Assembly (NCBI RefSeq): GCF_902459465.1
Contig: NC_047063.1
Location: 16,740,001-16,804,000, forward strand
Direction of reading: 5' to 3'
Source: Asterias rubens
Lineage: Eukaryota
Length of the DNA: 64,000 nt
The position numbers and the translations under genes are program-made. The notes below the pieces were generated by a model that was not told the DNA's origin, searched no databases, and worked only from the letters and a program-made list of their open reading frames with translations. Below are positions 36,101-48,854 of this stretch, one piece after another; positions within the stretch are counted from its first letter, which is position 1, and each line of letters starts with the position of its first letter.

Positions 36101-37852
36101 AATTTCGTTTCTTTAACGAGAAAATAATGTGAGATGGCCGCAAGCTTACTATGTTATCGTGCGTTTTTGTTTTTAGTTGGGGCGCCCTCTACTTCTGAGT
36201 TAGATCAAGCCGAGCAATATAGACTGGCTATGACAAAGACAGGTTTTTGCTGTTCAGTATAACCGTGTTTTGTATTTGATACGTTAAGGAGAATTGATGG
36301 GAAAGTGTAGATTCGTGGATAGAATTTACGAGCCGAAGGCGAATACATTGTTGTCACGAATCTACACTCTTGAGTCTTTTCTCTGACTTAAATTTCCTGA
36401 AAGCCTATTATTTTGTAACGATGCCGGTGTCAGATGCAATTGTGTTCGCAATGCAATAATGTCCGCTCCGGACACTTTTGCATATGCAATCGTGTCCGGG
36501 GCTATGCAAAAATCGTCCGGTGGACATGTACATGACATAGATATAGACACGCACTCAAAACAAATGGCGAACGTTTTATGTCGACCAAGGTCGTTTAATT
36601 TACTGCAAGGACGGTTTTGCACGGGGCAGACACAACTGCATATATGCAAATATGCATATATGCTATTGTGTCCGGGCGGACACAATTGCATTTTGCAGCA
36701 GCGTCCGGGCGGACACGATTACATATGCAAAACCGTCCTCCGGACAGTTTTGCATACAGGACATAGTTGCATGCGACACCGGTTATATAGTTAATTAAGT
36801 AACGCTTAAAACTAATTTGTGTACCTGGTAAAACTATGTTCGGTCACATCTAAGACTTATTTTGCAATTTTTGATGTATAATTAATGAGTACAAAGTTGT
36901 GATCCGTTTTCAAGTGTTTACTCAAATGAATTTTGTAACTTGAGTAAATAGAAAGCTAACATGCTTTCGGCTGTGTTAGGTGCACGTCATGTTATCCTTT
37001 CAATTTGGAAAGTCAGTCGAACAAATCACTTTAGTTTCAAACGAGCCTCTGGAGTATGACGGCAGATGTTCAGGCTAGCGCTAGCTGCCGAGCGCTAACC
37101 TGAACATCTGACGTCACACTTCGAGCATCTGACGTCACACTTCGAGGCTCGTGAATTATGCATGGATCTGCCATTGAGCCTACGTCCATAGTCACCTTTC
37201 TCGCATCATTCCACGAGGTCTTCGTGGTTCTGCAGAGTCACAATTAAATCGTACATGTGTAAACATTTACAGCCAACACCTGGGCCCAATTTCATAGAGC
37301 TGCTAAGCACAAACATTTGCTTAGCGTGACAATTCTTCCTTGATAAAAACAGGATTACCAACCAAACTTCCACGTGATTTTCAGTATAAGCAATCAACAG
37401 CTGAATACCAGTAACAAGCAATATGCAACAAATAGAAATTTGGCCCAGTTCTTACCCTTGTGGGAAAGAAAAGGGAACCAGCATAGTAGAGCGCAGACTG
37501 CATAAAAGTTGACTTACAACTTTAACATGTACATGTATTCTGCAGCAAAGCTCAAACGTCACTCGTTTATATATCTCATCAGCAGTGTTACAATTAAAGT
37601 GCCCACACCACAATAATTTGAGTTTAATTTTCTCACATTGATAAAAATTGTATTTTGTAATTATTTACAGGTCGCCGTGCCTGTTTGGGTGAAAATCTCG
37701 CCAAGTCAGAGCTCTTTCTTTTCTTGGTCAATATCCTGCAACAATTCACCGTTACCTTTCCAGAGGGTAAACCAATCCCGTCAGAGGATGGATCAGCTGG
37801 TTTTGTACTCAGCTCCAGACCTTACGAACTGTGCGCCACCAGGCGTTCATAA
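30145..37852 (+). CDS. g5: CYP2-like P450, type B, intact, about 503 aa
   Basis: Exons 30145-30496, 33753-34159, 34622-34864, 35661-35850, 35954-36091, 37671-37852. Intron 1 is enlarged by a 2.3-kb transposon. Confidence 0.93.
30969..33255. mobile_element. 2.3-kb non-autonomous DNA transposon with long TIRs in g5 intron 1
   Basis: TIRs 30969-31141 and 33099-33255 (about 157 bp, 16-bp indel). Ends TACTCTAGG..CCTAGACTA. TSD GTTGTGAGC at 30960-30968 and 33256-33264. Empty site in g4 (about 21340) and g6 (about 42987). No transposase ORF. Confidence 0.92.
32005..32450. repeat. About 115-bp tandem repeat built of GCTACGCTTACGTTCCAAGATAC subunits
   Basis: Units start at about 32028 and 32143, with two further degenerate units. 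Confidence 0.85.
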
Positions 37853-40800
37853 GTGGTCATGGATAAGTCGGGATAATTTGTGTGTTGCCTTTTTGCATTG
37901 CTGTGTATATGGACAATTTCAACTGCCTTTAAAACATTAAATTGGGCCCTGAGTCATGGAGAGGGCAAACTCCTCATGCGGTATATTTGCCGACCGGGTG
38001 GGATCTACATTAAACGCTTATGTCTAGTCCTTTATTGCTGTTAGTTTTATGTTCCCAGCCTATTACCATTCCGTCTGCAGGTCCAAGGAATGACGTACAT
38101 GGCGTTCATATTACAATGAGTAAAATAGTAAAACATGTGCAAAAATATAGAAATTATAGGTTTTCTCGGTCAATTTCAGAAAATGAGCAGCCAATTTAAC
38201 CACCAGCCTATTCTATTTCGCACGAAATCGAATGCTACTAAAAATGGGTCATTCGATTTCATTTTAAGACTAGTCAAATCTACTTTTACGTCATTCGATT
38301 TAACAAAATAATCATTCAATTTAACAATTCATCGAAGCTGCATTCAAATTCGCAGGAGTGTTTTTGAGGCGTTTGTTTAGTCATTCAATTTCGTTTTGAG
38401 GCAGTCAATTCTGATGTTTGTGCAGTCTTAAAAACGCTTGGTTAACTTGTTGTTTCCTTATACGAATGTTAAAGGCATGCGGTTAATTTGTTGGCACTCT
38501 TGAGAACATAATAGTGCCAAGATGTCTGGCCCGCCAACAGATGGTTGGTGAATAATTACAAAAACCAACAACTGGAAAAACATTTATAAAAAAAAAACAA
38601 AAAAAAAAAAACAACCCTTATGAGGCCCAAGGTAAAGTCTACTGGAAACATAAAATAAAGAAAATAAGGTTCGCTCTATTTAAAAGTTAAGGTACGAAAC
38701 GGTTTGCCTTATACAGTTTATCTGTTTATTCGTATTTCTTTAGTCGTACTTATTTGAATCCTCGGTGAGCGAAATTGATTGCCTCTTTACGAAATTGAAA
38801 TTGATTAAATCAGCAAAATCTCTAGTCGAACCAGCTTTGCTAAATTGAATGATGATTGTGTGTCATAAAAACGAAATTGAATGACCGAACTCTGAATTTG
38901 AAACGCAGTAAAAACCGGAGAGGCAAAATAGCTCTAATTCGAACGCATGATTTAAATTGGCTGCTCATTTGCCGAATTTGACCGAGAAAACCTATTGTAA
39001 AACTTTTTTTTTCAAATAGAGGAAGTGATTTTAAAATTACAACTTAAAGAAACGTTACAGAATTTATTTGCCTAACAAAACAGCTGCTTGGTATACATTA
39101 ATTTCCATGTTATTTACAAATTTGAAAAAGCCCGACCCGAGAGGGCGCTGTTCGTGACGTCAATCAAGGCGCGATGAATCGCATGCAGTACCGACACAAG
39201 ATAGTGACGCTTGGCGCAAGCTAAAAACATGCCCTCAAAGTTGAAACAATACCTGATTTTTATCACGTTAGGCAAATGCTCCTTTAGGTTCGTTACGTCT
39301 TTCAGGTACCTTCTTCGACTTCCCCATCTCGCTGGACAAATTGTTGGGGTGGCGTCATGTTTTAGAAAAGATTTTTCCTCTTCATGTAAAACTGTGTAGT
39401 ATATTCCGGATTCTCGAAGCACGACGGCTCGAAGTGTTTGCTGCACAGCGCTGGAAAAGACGCCGGACCGGATTGCTGCATCCAGCAGCAATAAACCTGG
39501 TCGACATTGCCGGAAAAATGCAAGAAAAAAACTTTTTCGAAACGTAAAAACTCACGACTAGGACTTGAATGTACTTGCACGTACGTGTGTTCGATGTTCG
39601 ATCGAGGCAAAGTCTGCCTCGATCGACGTCACAGAAGGGGTTGCGGAGTCACCCCCACACTTTTATTCATTTGTTTTCAACATAAGTCGTTAAAAACAAT
39701 TACTCAAAAAGTTATTTTATTGTTCAGAAACATATACTCTAATGTTTGAAGAAGAAAAACATTCTAAAATTCCAAAATTAATATTCTTTATCCCCAGTGC
39801 AAATTTAACATCTATTATATCGTTGCGGTACCCGCTGTCAAAACATAGGATTCGAACTGCCTCTAGCTGCAGGGCAACCTCGGTAGTCTAGTTGGTAAGA
39901 AACTGCTCTAGATTTGCAAGGGTCGTATGGGTAAAAACCAAAATTAATATTTAAATTAATGGTTTATTTTGTTTAATCCCTGTGTCATGGTTTAAAAAAG
40001 ATGCTCTTTTGGTATTCGTTTTATATTTGGCTTTAGAGGGTTTTTAAATCCATTCGCGTTGGGATTAAGGGTTTTATATTGTTGTCACTGCCTTCTGTTT
40101 TTAATGTGTTTTATGGGTGTTGATTTTGCAAGGTTCCCGATTGTTGGTGTTTTAATGTTTTCTGTTGTGTGATTTTTATAGTGTTTGAATTCAATGTCCT
40201 TTTAATAAACATATAGGCCTACTTATATTTTTATCATTGGTGGGGGTCTGGTTTTACACATCTGAGATGACAGTTTTTATACTTTTAACAATAAGTATAT
40301 CCCTTTTTAATCTAAATAATGAATAGGGTAGATGGCCTTAGCTTTCGATCCAAACTGGACCTTCTTCAGAGGCATAAAACAAGTGCAAACAAATACATAT
40401 CCATTAATAGAAAAAGAGAGGGGAAAGGGATTAAGGGAAGGATCCAGAAAGAAGCGGGGAAAAATATTATAAAAATATAGAAAAAAATAATTATCTGAAT
40501 AATAAATGACGAGACGCACCGTACAGATTTGATAAATTTACCTGCTCGACTTTTGTATTCCCCTTATAAAAAGGCTGGTTTTCACAGCAACCGCAAAACA
40601 AAAAGATGTTTGAAACTTATTTCTTTGATGTATTATACCTTGTATTAAATTCCATGAATACTGCGTACTGAATCTCACACAGTTTAAGTTGGAATGTTTC
40701 AATACGTAATTGCATGAACCCGTTTCGCAGTATAAAGCAGAAGATACTTGTGCCTCAGCTATTCACTTGAAATAGTTTATATGGTCCAATGCTCAAGTGG

Positions 40801-43800
40801 GATATTCGGCAACCATTGGTATTTGTACTAGGTCTAATCATGGAGGAAGGAAGAGAAGGAGCTCGAACGACCCGCAAAACCGCAGAGTAACAAAAGAATA
40901 CCCTGACAATGCCCCTGTCTGACCAGTGGAAAAAGATAGGAGACCTCCAGCTATACGGCCGATTAACGAGCAGGATTAGATCTCTTTGTACAGAACGTGC
41001 GGTACTGCCGCTCTGCACCGTTGCCTTCGTGTAAAGTTGAATCATTGGAGACAAGAACTGTGAATATACACGTTTTCATATACCGTTTGTGGTGTTTCAC
41101 TGAAACATCATGGCTTATTTTTACATTTTTTGTGACTTTCCAGTCACTAGCGGTGGATCAAAATTTGGGCATAGGCACACGAGGGTGGTTGGTATTCAAT
41201 TGTGTTAATCGTTAAGGTGTACAGTAGCGTCCACAAATGTTATCGTGTCTCAAAAAAGCAGTTTTTCCTCTATTATATCCATACGACATACGACGCCATA
41301 GTTTGGCGAAGAACCAAGTGCGCACGCGCAAATTCACGAGCTCCTTCTCTTCCTTCCTCCATGGTCTAATGTAATTCTGAACACTGTGTGTGTGCCTGTA
41401 TGTGTTATTTTCAAATTGGTTAATATGATCCCTTGGGCGGCTGAAAAACCATAACATGGTGGAAGATCCAAAGTTACAGGCTGACAGACACTGATGACTG
41501 ACACACTCATACAGGCTGTATGAATCAGGTATGTATTTTATAAGAAGAATCTATAATTAAATCGTAGACTTGCGGGTACAACCACGTGCAAATCTATTAG
41601 GGTGAGTGTTGACGTTTATGAGTGTGCCTTGCTGATTTATCACTGCATTCTGCTAATACGCATCAGCGTTATATTTGCCCCCCCCCCAAAAAAAAAAAAC
41701 AAAAAAAAAAACAACAACAACAACAACAACAATCCACGACCTAATACATTAAAAACCCTAAACAAAATAATTAGGTAAAATGTCAGCAGATAATAATGTG
41801 GGCAATCAACAATTTGTCAAAGTGAACTTTGGCTAAGGTCAGAGTCACCAAGTTGAGGGTAGGCTACTGGTAACGGTCGAGGGGTATATAAATAAAAACA
41901 ATAAAATAGATGTTAAATTTGCATCGGGGATAAAGAATATTAATTTTTTTTTTTTTTTTTTACCCATACACCGATGTGTGTTAGCACTGTATACTCAGTA
42001 CTTTCCCGAGTCCTGTGAAAAAAAAAAATTAATAAAAACAATAAACCTAAGCCCGAAGCTGGTATTGATCAAATGCTTTCAAATAGGTAGGGCAAAACAC
42101 TACATGCTAAGTCTCATCGACTATAACGTGTAAAATCCGGAGCATTGAAATTGGTAAAAACAAAAACTAACTAATCATGTTGAACCAAATTGTAGACTTG
42201 CTCCAAATGGTTGGTTGGCAAACGGCTGTTCTCTTCCTCGTTGTGTTCTTCATTGGACTGTACTGGATTCAGCAGCCTGTGAATCTTCCACCAGGACCGA
42301 CTGGTTGGCCAGTCGTAGGCTGTGCATTCAACGTCCAGAAAGGACAAACTCATATTGCTTTCACCGAATGGTCCAAGCAGTACGGAGATGTGATAAGCGT
42401 TCGACTTGGCCGTAAGCTCTTCATTGTTCTAAATGATTTACGCAGCATCAAGAAGGCATTGCATGAGCAAGCTGATGTATTTTCTGACAGATTTGTTCCA
42501 CACTTGACAAAGCTGATGGGAGTGAAAGGTAATTCTTCTTTAGAAAACCAATTAACTACACTGCAAACTTGTTGGTAAACAAATTGTGTTGGTAAAGGCA
42601 TTTTTCTGAAAAGCAAATTTGTTTGGCAGTTGGTTAAAATCAATCATTGCACCACAAGTTGGGCAAAATGATTTGACAAAAATGTTGGTTACTGGATGGT
42701 CCAATTTCGATATTATTAGGGCACATAGTTTCCCCATAACGTGGTCAATATGACACTTGAACTCAACTAATGGTGTTGGGCACACACGGCTATCATAGCT
42801 CATGGGGAAAGTAACCGACCAATTCACAAAAACTATACTCGTAAGTGTAACACATTATCTGCATGTAGGTCAGCAGTTCGAAAATCTCATTCATAAATAC
42901 CTCAGATGGTTTCGCTATTCCTATTGGTGGAGAGCGCGTCACGTGGGGGTGTTTAAACATTGATAATGACCAGTGTTTATAACTGGTTGTGAGCGGGACA
43001 TTTTCTTCATACCTATTGGTCGAGAGCAACGGCTGGAACAGTATTTTGTGCCACATCACGCGATACGCGCGACGCGCACAGCAATCTCCTTATAAGGAGT
43101 TTTTTACCCGAGGGCTTTGCCATTCAATAGCTGGAGGGGTGTTGTGTCGAAAGAAATCATTGAACAATTATAATTTTTGCATTTATTATACTTTTTGACC
43201 AAAAAGTATTGATGTTTTTTGACCGAAAAGGTATTTTTTCGTCTCGGTAAAATTACCAAGAACCAGGTCTCGTTGGGTATAAACCACTAGTTGAAAACCT
43301 CTTCCCCACACATTGATTCCCTTATTTAAGATTGAGGCACTTTGAGGAATGACGTATATAGGCCCTTTTTTTAGGTAGGCCGAATATTATTTATAACTGA
43401 ACTATTTGGTAATGATTCCTGCAGATATTATGTACAAGTTCACGGTACAAGTAAAACATTGTGGCTTTACTTCTTCTCTATAATAGGCAGTTTCCTTTTT
43501 GAAGACGGTCCCATCTGGAAGGAGCGTCGTCGGTTTGGTCTCGGGGCTCTGAGAAGCTTTGGTATGGGAAAGAAAAGCATCGAGCATTCCATCAACGAGG
43601 AATCACGGTACCTCCTCGACGGTTTCGCAGACCGAAAAGGAAAACCATTCGACCCAGCCCACCTCGTCAACAATGCCGTCTCCAACATCATTTGTAAAGT
43701 TTGCTTTGGGTATAGGTTCGACTACTCGGACCCCAAGTTCGCTGAACTTATCGGTCGTCTCAGAGAGCAGTTGTCTCAAAATGGTCCTACGTCAGCTTTT

Positions 43801-46800
43801 AATATCTTCGAATGGGTTTTGCACACACCATTAATGAATCGGTCAATAGGAAACGCCCAAAATATCTTTGACTTCGTCCGTTGAATTATTCAGGTAATTA
43901 GCCAATAAGTCATTCATTTATTGGATGTTTGTATCCCAAGACTCTTGCTAACATACTATCAGGCAAAATCAAGCAAAACATACATCAGGATAACTAGTTC
44001 TTACGACCACCGACCACTCACATCTTGGGATATTGAGAGCGCCCCATAAAGTCATTCGGGAATGTAATTTCTCACATCGAGTCTCGTCCATACCTTTTGG
44101 ATTGGGGCTTTAAAAAAAAATCGTTATGAAAATGCATATAAACGGACAGATATTTCATTAGTATAGTAAAAAAAAAAAAAAAAAAAACAGCCATTGAAAT
44201 TGTGTGTTTAGAACACTGTCCGTCTTTTGATGAAATTGGCTAGTAGAAGACTTACTACAAAATCAACAAAATCCACTATTTTACAATTTCATTTAATAGC
44301 AACCTTGCCATATTTATTTTACCGAAATTTGTGATATTGATCTAAAACATTTAGGACCATCATAAATCGTACGATGAAAATGACATCCGGGATATTATTG
44401 ACATGGGAATTGCCGAGGTCAGGCAGTCAGAAAGCAAGGAAAAACATGACGACGGTCGAAACTTCACGGATATCTTCAACGACGGTGCACTTTGTCGAAG
44501 TATTGTGGATTTATTCATCGCTGGTACCGATACAACCACTAACACTCTGCTTTGGACTTTGATGTACATGGCTCTCAATCCTGATATGCAAAAGAAGGTA
44601 CCGTCATTTTAAGTTTATTACGGACTGCGTGTTGATTGATTGTTTGTTTATTTATCTGTTTCACCTTTTCTGTGAAGATTGCTTCTGCGCGTATCAATGT
44701 CATGATCTCATGTTTTATGGCTCTACACCCTATCTTCAAGACGCATCGTGATTTAACTTTAGTAAAAATTATTCATTTTTTTAAATGGGTCAATCTAACC
44801 AAAATCTGTCATTGTGACTAGTTGCGGGATCAATTCTGACCCAGGACTTGTGGAGTGCAGCGCTTTATAATAATGTTAATAACAAATAACACCCTATGAA
44901 AGAAACAAAAAACTATTTAGTTATTCTTCAGGTGCTACAACTACCTTAAAGCCATTGGATCCTTTCGGTAAAACAGAAAAAAAAAGTTCACAGATTTACA
45001 AATAATTTACAGGGTTTACAGAAGGTAATGGTGAAAGACTTCTCTTGAAATATTAGTCCATGAAATGCTTTACTTTTTGAGAAAACTGTAAAACAATATA
45101 ACGAGAATTACAGATTTATTTTAAACACTTGTCATGACACGGCGAAACGCGCGGAAACAAGAGTGGGTTTTCCCGTTATTTTCCCCCGACTCCGATGACC
45201 GATTGAGCCTAAGTTTTCACAGGTTTGTTGTTTTATATATAAGTTGTGATACACGAAGTGTGGGACTTGGACAATACTGTTTACCGAAAGCGTATACTGG
45301 CTTTAAGAAACCATGGAAATGTATTACTCTGTTTACCCCTACGTAGTATGTATAACTGATCTGACATACACGGTATACCGCTATACCCAAAAGGTTCAGT
45401 CTGAGATTGATGACGTCACTGGAGGGAGTCGTCAGCCCCTAATGGCGGACAGTCCAAACATGCCGTACACCAATGCCGTTATCTTGGAGACTCAACGCAT
45501 TCGTCCCGTGGCTCCTTTAGCGGTTCCACACAAAACGAGGGACGACACGACACTGGACGGGTATACCATTCCGAAAAAGACATGTAAGTCACTGGATTAG
45601 CTGCTTCATCCTTCGTAAACAAATCATGGTTTATTACTTTTAATTTGGGGCTAAACACGGGATATTATATGTTATGACAACAGGCATACTCGTCAACATC
45701 TGGGCAGTACACCATGATCCTGCGACGTGGACAGAGCCAGAGAAATACAACCCAGCCCGGTTCCTCTCTGCTGATGGCAAGAGTGTCATTCAACACAAAT
45801 CACTCATTCCATTTGGAACAGGTAGGAGACAATTTCGTTTCTTTAACGAGAAAATAATGTGAGATGGCCGCAAGCTTACTATGTTATCGTGCGTTTTTGT
45901 TTTTAGTTGGGGCGCCCTCTACTTCCGAGTTCCGAGCGATATAGACTGGCTATGACAAAGACAGGTTTTTGCTTTTCAGTATACCCGTGTTTTTTATTTG
46001 ATACGTTAAGGAGAATTGATGGGAAAGTGTAGATTCGTGGATAGCATTTACGAGCCGAAGGCGAATACATTGTAGTCACGAATCTACACTCTTGAGTCTT
46101 TTCTCTGACTTAAACTATTTCCTGAAAGCCTATTATTTTGTGACGATGCCGGTGTCAGATGCAATTGTGTCCGCCATGCAATAATGTCCGCTCCGGACAC
46201 TTTTGCATATGCAATCGTGTACGCTGGACATGTATATGACATAGATATAGACACGCACTTAAAAAAATGGCGAACGTGTTCCGTCGACCAAGAGCGTTTA
46301 ATTTACTGCAAGGACGGTTTTGCACGGGGGCGGACACAACTGCATAAGCAAATGTGTCCGGGCGGACACATTTGCATTATGCAGCAGCGTCCGGGCGGAC
46401 ACGATTACCTATGCAAAACCGTCCGGTGGACATTATTGCATATGCAATAATGTCCACCGGATAGTATTGCAAAGAGGACATAATTGCATGCAACACCGGT
46501 TATTAATTAAGTAACGTTTAAAACTAATTTGTATACCTGGTAAATCGGTGTTCGGTCACATTTATAACTTATTCTGCAAATTTGTTTGTATAATTATTGA
46601 GTACAAAGTTGTTATCAGTTTTCAATTGTGTTTACTCAAATGAATTTTGTAACTTGAGTAAATAGAAAGCTAACATGCTTTCGGCTGTGTTGGGTGCACG
46701 TCATGTTATCCTTTCAATTTGGAAAGTCAGTCGAACAAATCACTTTAGTTTCAAACGAGCCTCTGGAGTATGACGGCAGATGTTCAGGCTAGCGCTAGCT

Positions 46801-46974
46801 GCCGAGCGCTAACCTGAACATCTGACGTCACACTTCGAGGCTCGTGAATTATGCATGGATCTGCCATTGAGCCTACGTCCATATAGTCACCTTTCTCGCA
46901 TCATCCCACGAGGTCTTCATGGTTCTGGAGACTCACAATTAAATCGTACATGTGTAAACAAAGCCAACACCTTT

Positions 46975-47197
46975 GCCCAATTTCATATAGCTGCTAAGCA
47001 CACAAATTTGCGTAGCATGAGTGTTATACTTGATAAAAACAGGATTACCAACCAAACTTCCACGTGATTTTCAGGATAAGCAACCAACAGCTGAATACCA
47101 GTAACAAGCAAATTTTGCCGGTAATCCTGTTTTTATCAAGGAAGAAATTTCATGCTAAGCAAATTTGTGTGCTTAGCAGCTCTATGAAAATTGGCCC
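46975..47197. mobile_element. MITE GCCCAATTTCATAGAGCTGC family (full copy in g6 intron 5; right-truncated in g4/g5; another at 50332-50520)
   Basis: Inverted ends GCCCAATTTCATA.AGCTGCT / AGCAGCTCT.TGAAA.T.GGCCC. Confidence 0.75.
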
Positions 47198-47251
47198 TTG
47201 TGGGAAAGACAGGGAACCAGCATAGTAGAGCGCAGACTGCATAGGAAGGTG

Positions 47252-47382
47252 AGGCCGTGTCCGAAACGACGACTTCGGCTACAGCTACGTCTAGATCAGC
47301 GCGTCTACCAGTGTTGAAGAATAGGCAGACGCGCGCGATCTAGCCGTAGCTGTAGCCGAAGTCGCCGTTTCGGACACGGCCT
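47252..47382. mobile_element. 131-bp hairpin MITE specific to g6 intron 5 (possibly PIF/Harbinger-like)
   Basis: AGGCCGTGTCCGAAACG.CGACTTCGGCTACAGCTACG / CGTAGCTGTAGCCGAAGTCG.CGTTTCGGACACGGCCT. Absent from g4 and g5. Confidence 0.8.
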
Positions 47383-48472
47383 TACTTTCAACTCCAACAT
47401 GTATTCTGCAGCAAAGCTCAAACGGCACTCGTTTATATATGTCTCATCAGCAGTGTTAGAATTAAAGAACCCACACCACAATAATTTGAGTTTAATTTTC
47501 TTACATTGATAAACATTGTATTTTGTAACTATTTACAGGGCGCCGTGCCTGTTTGGGTGAAAATCTCGCCAAGTCAGAGCTCTTTCTTTTCTTGGTCAAT
47601 GTCTTGCAACAATTCACCGTTACCTTTCCAGAGGGTAAACCAATCCCGTCAGAGGATGGATCAGCTGGTTTTATACTCAGCTCCAGACCTTACGAACTGT
47701 GCGCCACCAGGCGTTCATAAGTGGTCATGGATAAGTCGGGATAATTTGTGTGTTGCCTTTTTGCATTGCTGTGTATATTTAAACAAATGAAATTGGGCCC
47801 TGGTTCATGAAGAGGGCAAACTCCTCATACGGTATGTTTGCCGACCGGGTGGGATCAACATTAAACGCTTATATCTAGTCCTGTATTGCTGTTAGATTTA
47901 TTGTTCCTAGTGTAATACCATTACATATACTTTCTGCAGGTCCAAGCAATGACTTACATGACGTGCGTGTTACAATGAGTAAAAATATAGTACAACAGGT
48001 GCACCTCCACTTAACAAAAATATAGAAAGTAGTAACACGTGTTTGTTTTTTTTTTCAAATAGAGGAAATCATTTGCTAACAAAGCAGCTGCTTGGTATAC
48101 ATTATCTCAAACAATGACGAAACAGTAGAAACCACATGTGTGGGCCAATCATTGTATGTACATGTCATACTAGGGTGTCTAAGTGATATCAACAGATGGA
48201 ACGTAGAAATAATAAACTTATTCAAACAAGGACGACATCATTTGTTAAAAATGTCCAATGCCAGCAAACGTTAACAAATATAGGTTATCAGTCAGTGGTA
48301 GGGTATTATGTAATGCAATGTTATCAGGGATTATAAAGGTCAACTATGAGTGACATGAATAGAACGGTCTGGTGTTTCTACACGAGCAGAGTTTTTCCCG
48401 TGGCCTACAACTAAATAGGGTGAAACGTCAGGCCACTTTTTTTTTTTTACCATAGATCCCTTTGGTTGTTAA

Positions 48473-48854
48473 AGGCAGTGGACACTATTGGTAATTACTC
48501 AAAATAATTATTATCATATAACCTTTCTTGGTAACAAGTAATGGGGAGAGGTTGATAGTATAAAACATTGTGAGAAACGGCTCCCTCTGATGTGACGTAG
48601 TTTTCGAGAAAGAAGTAATTTTTCCACGAATTTGATTTCGAGACCTCAAGTTTAGAATTTGAGGTCTCGAAATCAACCATCTAAAAGCACACAACTTCGT
48701 GTGACAATGGTTTTGTTTTTCTCTCATAGTTATCTCGCAACTCCGACGACCAATCGAGCTCAAATTTTCACAGGTTTGTTATTTTATGCATATGTTGAGA
48801 TACACCAAGTGAGAAGACTGGTCTATGAACACTTATCAATAGTGTCCAGTGTCT
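48473..48854. mobile_element. TTAA-flanked MITE, same family
   Basis: TTAA|AGGCAGTGGACACTATTGG ... AATAGTGTCCAGTGTCT|TTAA. Confidence 0.88.

Larger units (their letters stand above)
42177..47720 (+). pseudogene. g6: CYP2-like P450, type B, with one nonsense codon in exon 2
   Basis: Exons 42177-42528, 43487-43893, 44355-44597, 45394-45583, 45684-45821, 47539-47720. CGT TGA ATT at 43882-43884 where g4 and g5 have CGT GGA ATT. Otherwise open. Confidence 0.85.
19130..48110 (+). repeat. Tandem triplication of the B unit (about 9.6 kb and about 12.0 kb periods)
   Basis: ATGs at 20529, 30145 and 42177. Spacer, promoter, introns and 3' UTR are repeated. Length differences are largely explained by copy-specific insertions. 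Confidence 0.95.

Noticed and set aside
43882-43884. In-frame TGA as selenocysteine or programmed readthrough
   Set aside because: It aligns to Gly (GGA) in the sister copies and no SECIS-like evidence was seen; a simple point change explains it.
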